Assembly: GCF_001194135.2 (NCBI RefSeq)
Contig: NC_068997.1
Coordinates: forward strand, 41,666,002-41,713,621
Source: Octopus bimaculoides
Taxonomy: Eukaryota
Length of the DNA stretch: 47,620 bases
Direction: 5' to 3'
The translations under genes were made by a program, and so were the position numbers. A model generated the notes under the pieces. The model was not told where the DNA came from. It did no database searches and was given only the letters and a program-made list of their open reading frames with translations. The number at the start of each line of letters is the position of its first letter. Positions within the stretch are counted from its first letter, which is position 1. Shown one piece after another: positions 1 to 11,760 of the stretch.

Positions 1-32
<32 letters not shown>

Positions 33-75
33 TATATATATGTGTGTGTATATATGTGTGTGTATGCATGTGTAT

Positions 76-107
<32 letters not shown>

Positions 108-160
108 GCATGTGTGTATGTATGTATGAACGTATATACGTACGCACACACACACATACA
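1..160. repeat. (TA)n/(TG)n/(CA)n compound microsatellite
   Basis: Alternating purine-pyrimidine repeats read directly from the sequence. Confidence 0.95.
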
Positions 161-328
161 TTAATGTCTCGGTTTACGAGTTGATTTCTTCCCGGATGCC
201 GCTCGTAAAGCAGAGCAATAATGTCCCATAGCAGCAATGACATTTTGAGCTGCCATTTTACTCTGCAGTTGTGTAGATGCGACAGGACCAGTGTTGCCAC
301 ATACAAAAAATAGCTGTTTAAATTGTTT

Positions 329-390
329 GGAGTGGCTGTGTGGTAAGTAGCTTGCTTACCAACCCACATGGTTCTGGATTCAGAACCATG
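329..390 (+). mobile_element. SINE family 1, truncated tRNA-derived head
   Basis: GGAGTGGCTGTGTGGTAAGTAGCTTGCTTACCAAC is near-identical to the reverse complement of 24030-24060 in the near-complete copy. Confidence 0.85.
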
Positions 391-1296
391 GCAAGGAGAC
401 AGAAATTGTACAGTAAATACAAACTGAAAAATAACAATATACAAAATGCTCGGTGGATGATAGCAACCTGTAAAATGTGCTGAGATTTTGCACGTCGAGT
501 TTTTGCACTAAATTAAATAAAATTAGAAGGTGTCTTCNNNNNNNNNNNNNNNNNNNNNNNNNNNNNNNNNNNNNNNNNNNNNNNNNNNNNNNNNNNNNNN
601 NNNNNNNNNNNNNNNNNNNNNNNNNNNNNNNNNNNNNNNNNNNNNNNNNNNNNNNNNNNNNNNNNNNNNNNNNNNNNNNNNNNNNNNNNNNNNNNNNNNN
701 NNNNNNNNNNNNNNNNNNNNNNNNNNNNNNNNNNNNNNNNNNNNNNNNNNNNNNNNNNNNNNNNNNNNNNNNNNNNNNNNNNNNNNNNNNNNNNNNNNNN
801 NNNNNNNNNNNNNNNNNNNNNNNNNNNNNNNNNNNNNNNNNNNNNNNNNNNNNNNNNNNNNNNNNNNNNNNNNNNNNNNNNNNNNNNNNNNNNNNNNNNN
901 NNNNNNNNNNNNNNNNNNNNNNNNNNNNNNNNNNNNNNNNNNNNNNNNNNNNNNNNNNNNNNNNNNNNNNNNNNNNNNNNNNNNNNNNNNNNNNNNNNNN
1001 NNNNNNNNNNNNNNNNNNNNNNNNNNNNNNNNNNNNNNNNNNNNNNNNNNNNNNNNNNNNNNNNNNNNNNNNNNNNNNNNNNNNNNNNNNNNNNNNNNNN
1101 NNNNNNNNNNNNNNNNNNNNNNNNNNNNNNNNNNNNNNNNNNNNNNNNNNNNNNNNNNNNNNNNNNNNNNNNNNNNNNNNNNNNNNNNNNNNNNNNNNNN
1201 NNNNNNNNNNNNNNNNNNNNNNNNNNNNNNNNNNNNNNNNNNNNNNNNNNNNNNNNNNNNNNNNNNNNNNNNNNNNNNNNNNNNNNNNNNNNNNNN

Positions 1297-1369
<73 letters not shown>

Positions 1370-1371
<2 letters not shown>

Positions 1372-1976
1372 AATCAGGGGCATCAAGGAAAAACACTATG
1401 ACACATTGTGCAGATGGATATTATCAATAATGCACAACCGTTATCGACCACACACGAACATCTATAGCAAAGATTCTCAATAGTTTTGATATCGAGGTAT
1501 ACTAGAGATAGCAAAAAAAAGTGATACATTTCTTATTGAAAGAAAATAAAATTATTGGCATACTTCACATGGCAAGTTAAAAAGAAAAAGAAAAATATAT
1601 ATTAAATTTATTGCTTACTTGATTTTATTAACCATTCTTGTGTACAACTAAATTGTGAATAACATGTTTTGCAAGATGAACAAGCATAGATATGAACTAT
1701 GTAAAACCTTAGATAATTTTTTTTACATCTTCCGTGCACTTTGATAATCCTTGCAGCACTTGGTTTGAGAAATTCCGATCTCTGTGGATCAACAACACAT
1801 CGGAACAGTAAACACCTAAACTATCTCCGAAGCTCTGTATCTTGGGTTACGAACACCACAATATTAAATTCATGTCACAACAACTGTGAAGTCAACTATC
1901 TCACTATGAACTAACAAGAGAGCCTCTATATGGTCCTTCAACACACTAGAAATAGCAACCAAATTCTCCCTCAGAT
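1370..1976 (+). repeat. Left arm of ~600-bp inverted repeat (partner 3185-3773)
   Basis: Reverse-complement match along the whole arm, including a 39-bp perfect block CTATCTCACTATGAACTAACAAGAGAGCCTCTATATGGT. The best blocks are about 92-94% identical; the middle is more diverged, with indels. Confidence 0.93.
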
Positions 1977-2140
1977 TACACATTGTTATTTGTTGTTGTT
2001 GTTTATTTCTAAAAAAAAAAAGGACCCACTGGTTGTATAGTGTAGTCTAGATTACACTGTCTAAATATATGTCGTGATGATCATGGTTGGAATACTTTCG
2101 ACCAGAAGTTTGTTTAACCTGAGCTGGCTTGAGGTTAAAC
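1905..2140. repeat. Dispersed repeat family C copy
   Basis: The motif CTAGAAATAGCAACCAAATTCTCCCTCA recurs in either orientation near 3190, 8670, 17105, 39990 and 40280. Confidence 0.65.
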
Positions 2141-3184
2141 CACCTCACTGAACCAATACTGTCTTTAATACATTTTCAACCATTTACTTCCACTTTGTTT
2201 ATCATCTGTGATGACATGAAGCAAAGGTTTCAATGTCCAGTGTGACCACTAACATAAGTTGCAATCCTCTGAACGAAAGAAGGCTGAGCGAAAGAAATTG
2301 ATGCAGTATCATCAAGAAACTCACTGCCCTTTCTAGAAGCAACCACGAGATGAAGGATGCGTGAGAACGGGGGGAGATGGAGCCATAAGCTGTAAGAAAG
2401 AAGTCAACCAGTTGAGAGATACATGAACAGAGTTAAACAGCTAAAGCAACAAAATTTCAACAATACACTAACCACCACCATTCTGATACTACTCTCATTA
2501 TCGTCTTCGTTAACAGTATTTTGTTTTAATTACTAATGATGGTAATGAGATCTGTGAGGCTCTTTGTCTGCTGCTTTTTAGCCCAGGTTTATGGCATTCA
2601 TCTGATGAGGGATATAACTGTACATGGACAAGACGTTAGCATTCCTATGTGATATGAAACTATTCTCGACTGCAAGTTAAACTGTGGCAACGGCAATTTC
2701 TGAGTTCCTTCCCGAAGAGAACAGAAAATAGATTTGACTTTGCGATCTGAGAACTATTAACCCAATTGCTCATCCATACAACCATCTCATCACCACGTTA
2801 ATGATACACGTAGCTTAAACAATAGAGCTACAACATCAACAACAACAGCAGCAGCAACAACGAGAAATCTAGTGTTATACCACAGCAAAAGATCAACGGT
2901 CACACAGTAATAAAATCAAAAATAACAGTATCAACGCTACCATCTTAAGAACGGTAACATTTAAAACCGAAAAAAAAAAGCGTCGACATAACTATAGCAA
3001 CAATCACAACAATGTCAACAACGGAAGTGACGCTGACAATAATAGTAACTGCACCCCCCCACCACCACCACCACCACAAAAAAGACGACAGTCTTTTGGT
3101 CTGTATCTCTTTTAGTCATGTTGTCTTTTCTCTGTATCCCACTTTCTCGCTCTCGTCTCTTTCTTTCTCACATATACGCAGCGG

Positions 3185-3773
3185 ATTTGAAGGAGAATTT
3201 GGTTGTTATTTCTAGCGTGCTGAGGAACCATATAGAGGCTCTCTTGTTAGTTCATAGTGAGATAGCTGACTTCACAGTTGTGATACGAATGTAATATTGT
3301 AGTGTTTGTCTATATCGAACCCAAGATATAGAGATTCTGAAATGGTTTAGTTGTTTACTGTTCCGAAGTGTTCTTGATCCACAGAGATCAGTATTACTCA
3401 AACGAAATGCTGCAAGGATTATCTAGGTGCTTGGCAGATTTTTTAAAATATTCTCTAAGGTTTTAGATAGTTCATACCTATACTTGTTCATCTTGCAAAA
3501 CATGCTATTCACAATTTAGTTGTACAACAAGAATGGTTGAGAAAATCAAGTAAGCAATAAACTTAATATATACTTTTCTTTTTCTTTTTAACTTAACATA
3601 AGAAATGTTTCACTTTCTTTTCCTTTTTTATGTCTAGTATACCTCGATATCAAAACTATTGAGAACCTTTGCTATAGATGTTCGTGTGTAGCCGATAACG
3701 GTAGTACATTATTGATGATATCCATCTGCACAATGTCATAGTGTTTTTCGATTTATCTTGAAGCACCAGTTTA
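3185..3773 (-). repeat. Right arm of ~600-bp inverted repeat (partner 1370-1976)
   Basis: For example, 3635-3700 is the reverse complement of about 1438-1508 with about 4 mismatches in 71 nt. Confidence 0.93.
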
Positions 3774-5329
3774 ATCTGTGGACGCGTATGGCTTAACGTA
3801 TTCCAAACTCCCTAACGTTTACCTCGAAACTATCCACAAACAACAGAACTATTCCCGCCTTGCTAATTCTGAGCAGACAACAATATTTCACAGAGGGAAA
3901 CGGTAATTGTTTATGTAGAATATACTATTCTTGGTTAATGACAATATCAATCAAAGAACTCTGCGAAGAAGTCACTTAAAATCTACAATAAAGGTAAAGT
4001 ATCTTATTAAATTTATTGAGAAATATTCAGCAAAACCATATTGACTTATTTCTTGAAAGAATTCCATTTAACATTTTGTTTAGAGCCCCGTGATTCAGGC
4101 TTGATGATATATCATCAACTAACGTACTCTTCGCGAAGAAGCCTCATAGCACATATGCAACAACTAGGATGAGAGGACTTCTCATCCTTTTATTCCTAAC
4201 AGCACAATGCAGGGATAGGAAAGATACATGTATAAGGATGGAACATGTTGGATTGGTTGTCATTTAGGAATTGCATGATGTAACAAGTCAGATTCATCGC
4301 AAAAATGGGGCGAAGTTATTTTCCCTTTGTTTATGATAAGTAGTCGGGTGCTTCTGGAAAGGAACATATTTGTACTATACAGTGTTTAATCTTACAATGA
4401 CCACTACAATACTCTCTTTTCTATAAACAATCATTAGCATGAGAAAAATGAAGGTAAAAAGATGCATTGCAGGATAGTGAGAAAAAAAAAGGAGAGAAAA
4501 AAAAGGAACAGTGCGTGATAGAAAGGAAACATCATAAGTGTAAAATTTGAAAAATAAAATTGCCAAGAGTGAGTATAAAAAGAAGAGAGGACAAGTAAGT
4601 GACAATGAAGATAAGGTTGTAGAGAATAGTAGGGGACTGTAGAATTAATTTAAAAAATACCTAAAATTTAAAAAGAAAAAAGAATAAGATCGTAAAAAAT
4701 AAAGGAAGGAGAAAGATAGAAAAAAGTTCGCGAAAGAGAGTGAAAAAGATTGAAAAACACGGCTAAAAAACAGAAATGCAGAAAAAAATCTGGAAAAAAA
4801 ATATGACCGAATGTGATGGTAGGATTTTAAGTTTAATCATAACCGTAATTATGATCATACATCTAAAACATTATATCCCTGGGGTCTGTGCGCAAAACAT
4901 GTGGTTACTAGAGAAGGGACAGGAAATCATGAAGCATAAGTTATTCGAATATCAGGGTTCATTTGCCTCAAAACTGAAAGATTTTGAGCAGAGAACTGAC
5001 GCGGCCTACCGGCACGGAAATTGCGGGGGAAGGGTGACGTCACCTCCCACCCAAAGGATTTTGCCCTCGCAGAATTAGTTTGTGGTGGGAAAAATAAAGA
5101 CGGATAGTTTTTGAACGCTCCTCGTACGTACGAAAAGGATATAAAGAATATATAAATTTATTTTAATGTATTTACTCTAAATTATTTTCTACATATCATC
5201 CCATCATTCAGCTTTTGATATTTTCATATGTTTATACATTATCACTGAGAAAGTTTACAAAAGGCTAAATGAACACTTTTCATCAAGAAATATTTTCGCT
5301 ATATCTACAAAACATTCATATCTATCACA

Positions 5330-5604
5330 GATATTATATACGCATATGTGTGTATAAGTATGTGTTTTGTGTGTACATGTGCGTATGTATATATCTGGTT
5401 ATATACATACTCACATACATGTATGTATGTGTATATACATGTGTGTGCGTGTGTGTGTATATACATGTATGTATATATATATATAATCTATAAGTAGGTA
5501 AGTATGTATCTATACATACACACACATGCATACATATACTCACATATACACACACAAGCACACACACGCACATGCACGCGCATACGCACACATACACATA
5601 CGTA

Positions 5605-5647
<43 letters not shown>

Positions 5648-5702
5648 ATAAGCTCTTTCAGCCTGGTTACAATCAAAATATCGTGTTTGAGTTTAGTGGT
5701 GG

Positions 5703-5768
<66 letters not shown>

Positions 5769-5775
5769 CCCCACC
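5330..5775. repeat. (TG/TA)n, (CA)n and (ACT)n microsatellites
   Basis: Read directly; (ACT)n lies at about 5703-5768. Confidence 0.9.
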
Positions 5776-6544
5776 ACCAAGCCATCTTCATTCAACCCTA
5801 AACTACATTTCATCAACGCCAGTAGTTTCAGATCGTTAGGTCAGTTACAGTATGCTGCTTCCTATAAGATTTTTATCAACCATCAAACCCTCCGTGAGCC
5901 ATTGTGTCGATGATAATTTAGTTATTTAGTAAAAGCGCTGGTTTCTAAGAACTCCCCGGGGGGACCGAAACTGCTGATGTAATTGGTGTTCAAATATAAT
6001 TTCCAGTGTTGGAAAAAATTCAACTAATGAATACTCAAAATAAATAGCCGTCAGAGCATCAGAAATAGCGTCACATAAACAGATTTACTGGTGCATTATG
6101 CTGCACATTAAGTCATTTCTGCAGCTGACGAACAAAACTATGTATATTTATATATTTATTTATTTATTTATTTGATAGAAAAACATTACAGAAAAAAATC
6201 TATTGTTCATTTTTAAATAGACATTTATGGCACGAAAGACCGATAAAACAAACAGTTTTATCGTCTTCTTTTGTTACTTCAAAGTTACTGTTGTTTAACA
6301 GAGCGATCATTGTTCATTTGTTCTCGCTACTTTGAGGGAATTACATCATCAGGATTGCTGAAAAAGCAGTGACAGCAGAATAATTGCGACAGAAATAAGG
6401 ATTGAAGTCCCCTTCACTACGAAGTAGCCCCTGTAATCTGGTGCTTAGTGGATTTGGTTTTGTAATGCATAACAGATGAAAGATAAAAACCTGCTGAGAC
6501 AAGACGTCAGTCAACTGCAGATATTTTCCAAAAAATGTACTATA

Positions 6545-6671
6545 CAGGGTGTCCACAAGGTCTGGGTACATGGAGTAAATAAATTCATAACATAAGCAAT
6601 TAAATATACGAAATAATAATTTCTTAAAGTATGTGATAAACCCCATGTACCCAGACTTTGTGGACACCCTG
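6545..6671. mobile_element. 127-bp Tc1/mariner-type MITE
   Basis: 29-bp terminal inverted repeats CAGGGTGTCCACAA(G/A)GTCTGGGTACATGG with 1 mismatch, flanked by TA at 6543-6544 and 6672-6673, with an AT-rich interior. Confidence 0.9.
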
Positions 6672-6742
6672 TATAATGCCAGGCTTTCAAGAAGTAGAAA
6701 AATACCTACAAGTTATTTTAACTTGCAATATAGGAGTTGGTT

Positions 6743-7230
6743 GCGAGCTGGCAGACTCATTAGCACGCCTCTTTTTTTTTATGTTCTGAGTTCAAAATCC
6801 GTCGAGTTCGATTTTACTTTTCATCCTTTCGGGATCGATAAAATAAGTGTAACTTGAGAAGTAGGATCGATATAATTGAATTACCCCCTCCTCTTAAATT
6901 TCTGGCCTTGTTCCAAAATTTAAAATAAGAATTGGTTAATTCCGCTGAGACCGACTTTGCCATTCGTCCTTTCAGGGTCGATAAAATAAGTACCAGTTGA
7001 GCATTGGGACCGATGTAATCGACTATCCCCCCTCCCCTTAAATTGCTGGCCTTATGCCAAAATTTGAAATCAATATAAAAATTGATTAATTCCACGAGAT
7101 TGACTTCGCCTTTCATCCTTTCACGGTCGATAAAATAAGTACCAGTTGAGCACTGGGTCGATATAATCGACTTAGCCCCTTCCCCAAAATCACTGGCCTT
7201 GTACCAAAATTTGAAACCAATATAAGAGTT
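6743..7230 (+). mobile_element. SINE family 2: one headed copy plus two tandem headless bodies
   Basis: The TTTGCCTTTCATCCTTTCGGGGTCGATAAAATAAGTACCAG-like core occurs three times. Units 2 and 3 start at 6938 and 7088 (150-nt period). Confidence 0.88.
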
Positions 7231-7724
7231 CATTTTCGAATCCTATATTCCGTCAGCCAAAGAACCTTTATTAATGCAATGTTACTCCAATGTTACTTCC
7301 ACAGTATCTCCCTAACCGAGTTTAATGAAATATCGCTAGCATGGTGGCTTAAATTTAGCGCAGCAATCTAAAGGAACACTCGTCTATGATATAGTGCCCC
7401 TGTCATTGCCTAAAATAAATAGATTTGCCCTCTCATGATACCTAAATAATTAGCAATCTGGCAGAGTTGTTATAGCGGTGGACAGAATTTACTGCAATAT
7501 TTGCACCGGTTCTATGAGCTCTCAGTTAAAATTCCACTGCTCGCTGAAGTCAGCTTTGCTTTTCATTCCTTCGTGATCAATAAAGTCCCATTCAAGTGGT
7601 GGGGGTCGATTATTTCTCATTCTCTCTCTGTCTCCCACTTCCTCTTTTTCTCCTTCTCTTCCTCTCTCTTTCTTTTCTCTCCCTCTCTCTTTTTCTCACT
7701 GTCACAGAATATCGTGGTATAAAT

Positions 7725-7960
7725 ATGTGTGTGTGTGTGTGTGTGTCCGCGTTTGTCTCCCCCACCATCGCTAGACAACTGATGCTGGTGTGTTTACGTC
7801 CCCGTAACGTAGCGGTTCGGCAAAAGAGTTACTCTAGAATAAGTACCAGGCTTACAATGTATAAGTCCTGGGGTCGATTTCTTCGACTAAAACCCTTAAG
7901 AAGGCGATGCTCCAGCATGACCGCAGTCGAATGACTGAAACAAGTAAAAGAATAAAAGAC
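7725..7960 (+). mobile_element. SINE family 1, 3' half
   Basis: GCGGTTCGGCAAAAGAG...GCTCCAGCATG...ATGACTGAAACAAGTAAAAGA matches the reverse complement of 23633-23820. Confidence 0.9.
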
Positions 7961-8139
7961 TATGTTGACACAGCCCCCCCCCCTTCTATTTACTGCAAGT
8001 CGACAGACTCCCATCGTTGCTTTATATTTGCTATATATCGGACTCTCATCGCGGGGTGAGTCTCGGAGTCCATAGCTTCTCTAAAGATACCATCAAGTCT
8101 AACATCACAAATTATATTCTTTTATATACCCAAGGGCTT

Positions 8140-8470
8140 ATTTTTTTTAGGCTTAGTACTTATTCTATCGGAACCTTTTGCCGAACCGCTAGGCTACGGG
8201 GATGTAAACACGCCAACACTGGTTGTCAAGCAGTGATGGAGGAACGAGCACAGACATAAAGATACACACACACACAATCACACACATATATGTATACACA
8301 CACTCACACACACACACGACGGACTTCTCTCAGTTTCCGTCTACCAAATTCACCCACAAAGCTTTGGCCGGCCCGAGGCTATAGTAGAAGACACTTGCCC
8401 AAGGTGCCACGCAGTTGAACTGAACCCGGAACTATATGGTTGGGAAGCAAGCTTCTAACCACACAACTAC
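8140..8470 (-). mobile_element. SINE family 1 copy
   Basis: GAGGCTATAGTAGAAGACACTTGCCCAAGGTGCCACGCAG is shared with 23963-24000; internal (CA)n is present. Confidence 0.92.
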
Positions 8471-8519
8471 CAACACTGTAAATTTAATGTAAATAGCTAA
8501 AAATATTAGAGATGATTGT

Positions 8520-8800
8520 TGATGTTGTTGTTGTTGCTGCTGTTGTTTAGCTCCAAGTAAATCCTGATCGAGCAGGCTCATCATCAAGGATGTTCCAGCT
8601 ATGATTTTTTTTTTATTCAGCATTTTCCTTCTCTTTTAAAACGTTAGTGTGTGAGCTGGAAAATATCTTGCTGCTATTTCTTGCAGGTCAAGTGAGCACG
8701 AAGAAGCTTCTACGTTGGCTTATCGCTAGTTATTGGTGTTTAGTCTCTGGTCAGTCCTAATCCGGAAGACTAGTGACCAAAGACGTTCCAACCATGACAT
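8520..8800. repeat. Dispersed repeat family C copies
   Basis: GTTGTTTAGCTCCAAGTAAATCCTGATCGAGCAG and GCTGCTATTTCTTGCAGGTCAAG are homologous to 39897-40310 and 44620-44760. Confidence 0.6.
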
Positions 8801-10566
8801 AATTGGTTTTTTACCTTGTTTAGTATATCTAGGAAACTCAGCATTAAACCGTATTTTTTTTTTTAAATCGTTATGGTATTATCTGAGGGACGTTTTTCTA
8901 CTATTTCTGATAGACCAAGCAATCACGTCGTGTTTCCTTCGCTGATATGATGAGAGGGAAACAGTAAAGTGAGAGTACTTTGAGCCGTGAAAGCACCCTA
9001 ATCTTTTCTATGTTCCCATCTCTAAAACAAAATAGGAGCTTTAAATTAATGCAAGACATAATATCCTTTCATTCGAGAAACGTGTCGAAATGTCTGCAAC
9101 CGATTCGAACGTACAATCAGTTAGCAAGATAATCAAAAACTTCAACCACTCATTATTTTCACTTCAACGTTATCAGTTAAGTGCCTCCCAGAACTAAAGC
9201 GCCTGATATCCATTTGCTTTCTCCCCTAAATATATAATTAGGGGTCATAGTATATATGATTGACTGACGATAAATATATATATATAATTATAATTAAGGG
9301 TACCGAAAACGCACCACCATGCCAGAAATAGCATTTATATATATACATGTATATATATATAAGCAATGTTAAATCTCTGAACGAGGTATTAACAGTAACT
9401 GCACGATAAAGTGAAGTATATTTGCCACTTAAATGTGGCTGACCCCGAGGGGTGGATGTTACTGTTGCTTTTAGCCCCAGGAGGACATCTCCTCCAGCTG
9501 GCTATCGACACACTTCTGTGTCCTGTCTGTATTTGCCAAGGGAGGTTATCCTTCCCATCTTGATCTACGATACGTACGTACTCGAGTTTCAGGGTTATTT
9601 CCCTTCTTCAGCGTACGACAATCGCCGACCTTCGATGCAAAAGGCATCCCTTGGCAAATATATATAAGTTTTTCCAGTGAAATTATTCACTGATATCGAA
9701 AANNNNNNNNNNNNNNNNNNNNNNNNNNNNNNNNNNNNNNNNNNNNNNNNNNNNNNNNNNNNNNNNNNNNNNNNNNNNNNNNNNNNNNNNNNNNNNNNNN
9801 NNNNNNNNNNNNNNNNNNNNNNNNNNNNNNNNNNNNNNNNNNNNNNNNNNNNNNNNNNNNNNNNNNNNNNNNNNNNNNNNNNNNNNNNNNNNNNNNNNNN
9901 NNNNNNNNNNNNNNNNNNNNNNNNNNNNNNNNNNNNNNNNNNNNNNNNNNNNNNNNNNNNNNNNNNNNNNNNNNNNNNNNNNNNNNNNNNNNNNNNNNNN
10001 NNNNNNNNNNNNNNNNNNNNNNNNNNNNNNNNNNNNNNNNNNNNNNNNNNNNNNNNNNNNNNNNNNNNNNNNNNNNNNNNNNNNNNNNNNNNNNNNNNNN
10101 NNNNNNNNNNNNNNNNNNNNNNNNNNNNNNNNNNNNNNNNNNNNNNNNNNNNNNNNNNNNNNNNNNNNNNNNNNNNNNNNNNNNNNNNNNNNNNNNNNNN
10201 NNNNNNNNNNNNNNNNNNNNNNNNNNNNNNNNNNNNNNNNNNNNNNNNNNNNNNNNNNNNNNNNNNNNNNNNNNNNNNNNNNNNNNNNNNNNNNNNNNNN
10301 NNNNNNNNNNNNNNNNNNNNNNNNNNNNNNNNNNNNNNNNNNNNNNNNNNNNNNNNNNNNNNNNNNNNNNNNNNNNNNNNNNNNNNNNNNNNNNNNNNNN
10401 NNNNNNNNNNNNNNNNNNNNNNNNNNNNNNNNNNNNNNNNNNNNNNNNNNNNNNNNNNNNNNNNNNNNNNNNNNNNNNNNNNNNNNNNNNNNNNNNNNNN
10501 NNNNNNNNNNNNNNNNNNNNNNNNNNNNNNNNNNNNNNNNNNNNNNNNNNNNNNNNNNNNNNNNNN

Positions 10567-10639
<73 letters not shown>

Positions 10640-11624
10640 GATGTACGTGTAAATAAATAGCTTCGGAACGACCTGATTTCTCTAGAGACTTATTATAAAT
10701 TTATTGAAGCATACTGAACTCTCAGACAAAATGGAATTGGCCATGATTAAGTGCGCAGACTTCTATAAGTACCAGCGACAAAAGTTGGAATTAAAAGCCT
10801 GTTATTAACTTCAGAACTTGGCAACGTATATCGCGTTTTGGATCAAATTTTCGTAGTGATTCTATCAAAGAAAAAGTCAATGAAATGTCTATTTAACAAG
10901 CTTTGAAGGAAAGATATTAATAGAACTCGGCCACGTGAAATGGCTACACATTAGAACTCATCATGTGTATCAATGGATTCTTGAGATTCAACTGGAAAAG
11001 CAGATAATCAAGTCGACTACTTTTGAAGAACAAACACGTCTGTTTCTATAAATTATGAAAATTTCATAATGGTATGTATTTCTTTGTCATCTTTCCAGAA
11101 CATAGGAACATTCTAGATTTCCTGATAACACTTCATTGTTAATAGTTCGTCTTTGATATAATGCCTTTAAACTAAATAGTCCATTCTTTACAGTTGGCTT
11201 GTACACAGAGATAGCGTATTGTTGTCTAAACAGAGGCGATAATTGATCAGCGATACGCTAGACAATCGTATATTGCGATACACATTTTGTATTTGTGTGC
11301 GTGATGAGTGTGTGTGTGTATGTGTATGTGTGTGTGCGCGTGCGTGTATGGGAATGGTTATTCTAAAGAGGAAGGAAATCATTTCAGGCTCTTCTGAACA
11401 GATAAGTTTTCCGTGGTTAGTGTTTCGTGGGGAAACTCTGGGTAGGGAAGAAAATCTAGAGGAGTGAAAGTTCTGGGGAGTAAGGGCGAAACGACTGGGT
11501 TTTTTTTTTTGTTTCATAGTATAGAAATTAGGGGAGAATCAGCGTGGCACTGGTGTGTCACAAAGTTGTACTACTGTGTTACAAATACAATCCATCGATG
11601 CGCTTCCACACAGTTTCCGTCAAC

Positions 11625-11760
11625 TCAATTTTGCTCACAAAATTTGACCCAGTCAAAGTCTCTTGTAAATGACTCTTCCTCAGATGCCAAGAAGAGAGTT
11701 CGAGCTCGGGTCCTGTAATTATGAAGCCAACTTCTTAACCATTCGGCCAGGCTGCACCCG
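11625..11760 (-). mobile_element. Degenerate SINE family 1 head
   Basis: Weak match to the head (CTTCTTAACCA..., TTTCCGTC..., GACTCTTCC). Confidence 0.5.

Noticed and set aside
477-1483. Long ORFs spanning N-gaps (also near 9677, 12924, 17150, 23656, 25889, 32397, 42298)
   Set aside because: They are open only because Ns contain no stops; the flanks are dinucleotide repeats.
2506-2937. Faint ~30-bp inverted similarity inside the spacer of the 600-bp inverted repeat
   Set aside because: It is short and AT-rich, does not extend convincingly, and is compatible with chance.
4776-5078. 100-aa ORF
   Set aside because: It has no recognisable motif, an A-rich low-complexity start and no convincing splice signals.
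5945-5975. CTAAGAACTCCCCGGGGGGACCGAAAC as a hammerhead
   Set aside because: The CUGANGA box is not intact, and there is no stem III/NUH or adjacent PLE ORF.
6341-6667. 108-aa minus-strand ORF
   Set aside because: It starts inside the MITE and has no homology that I recognise.
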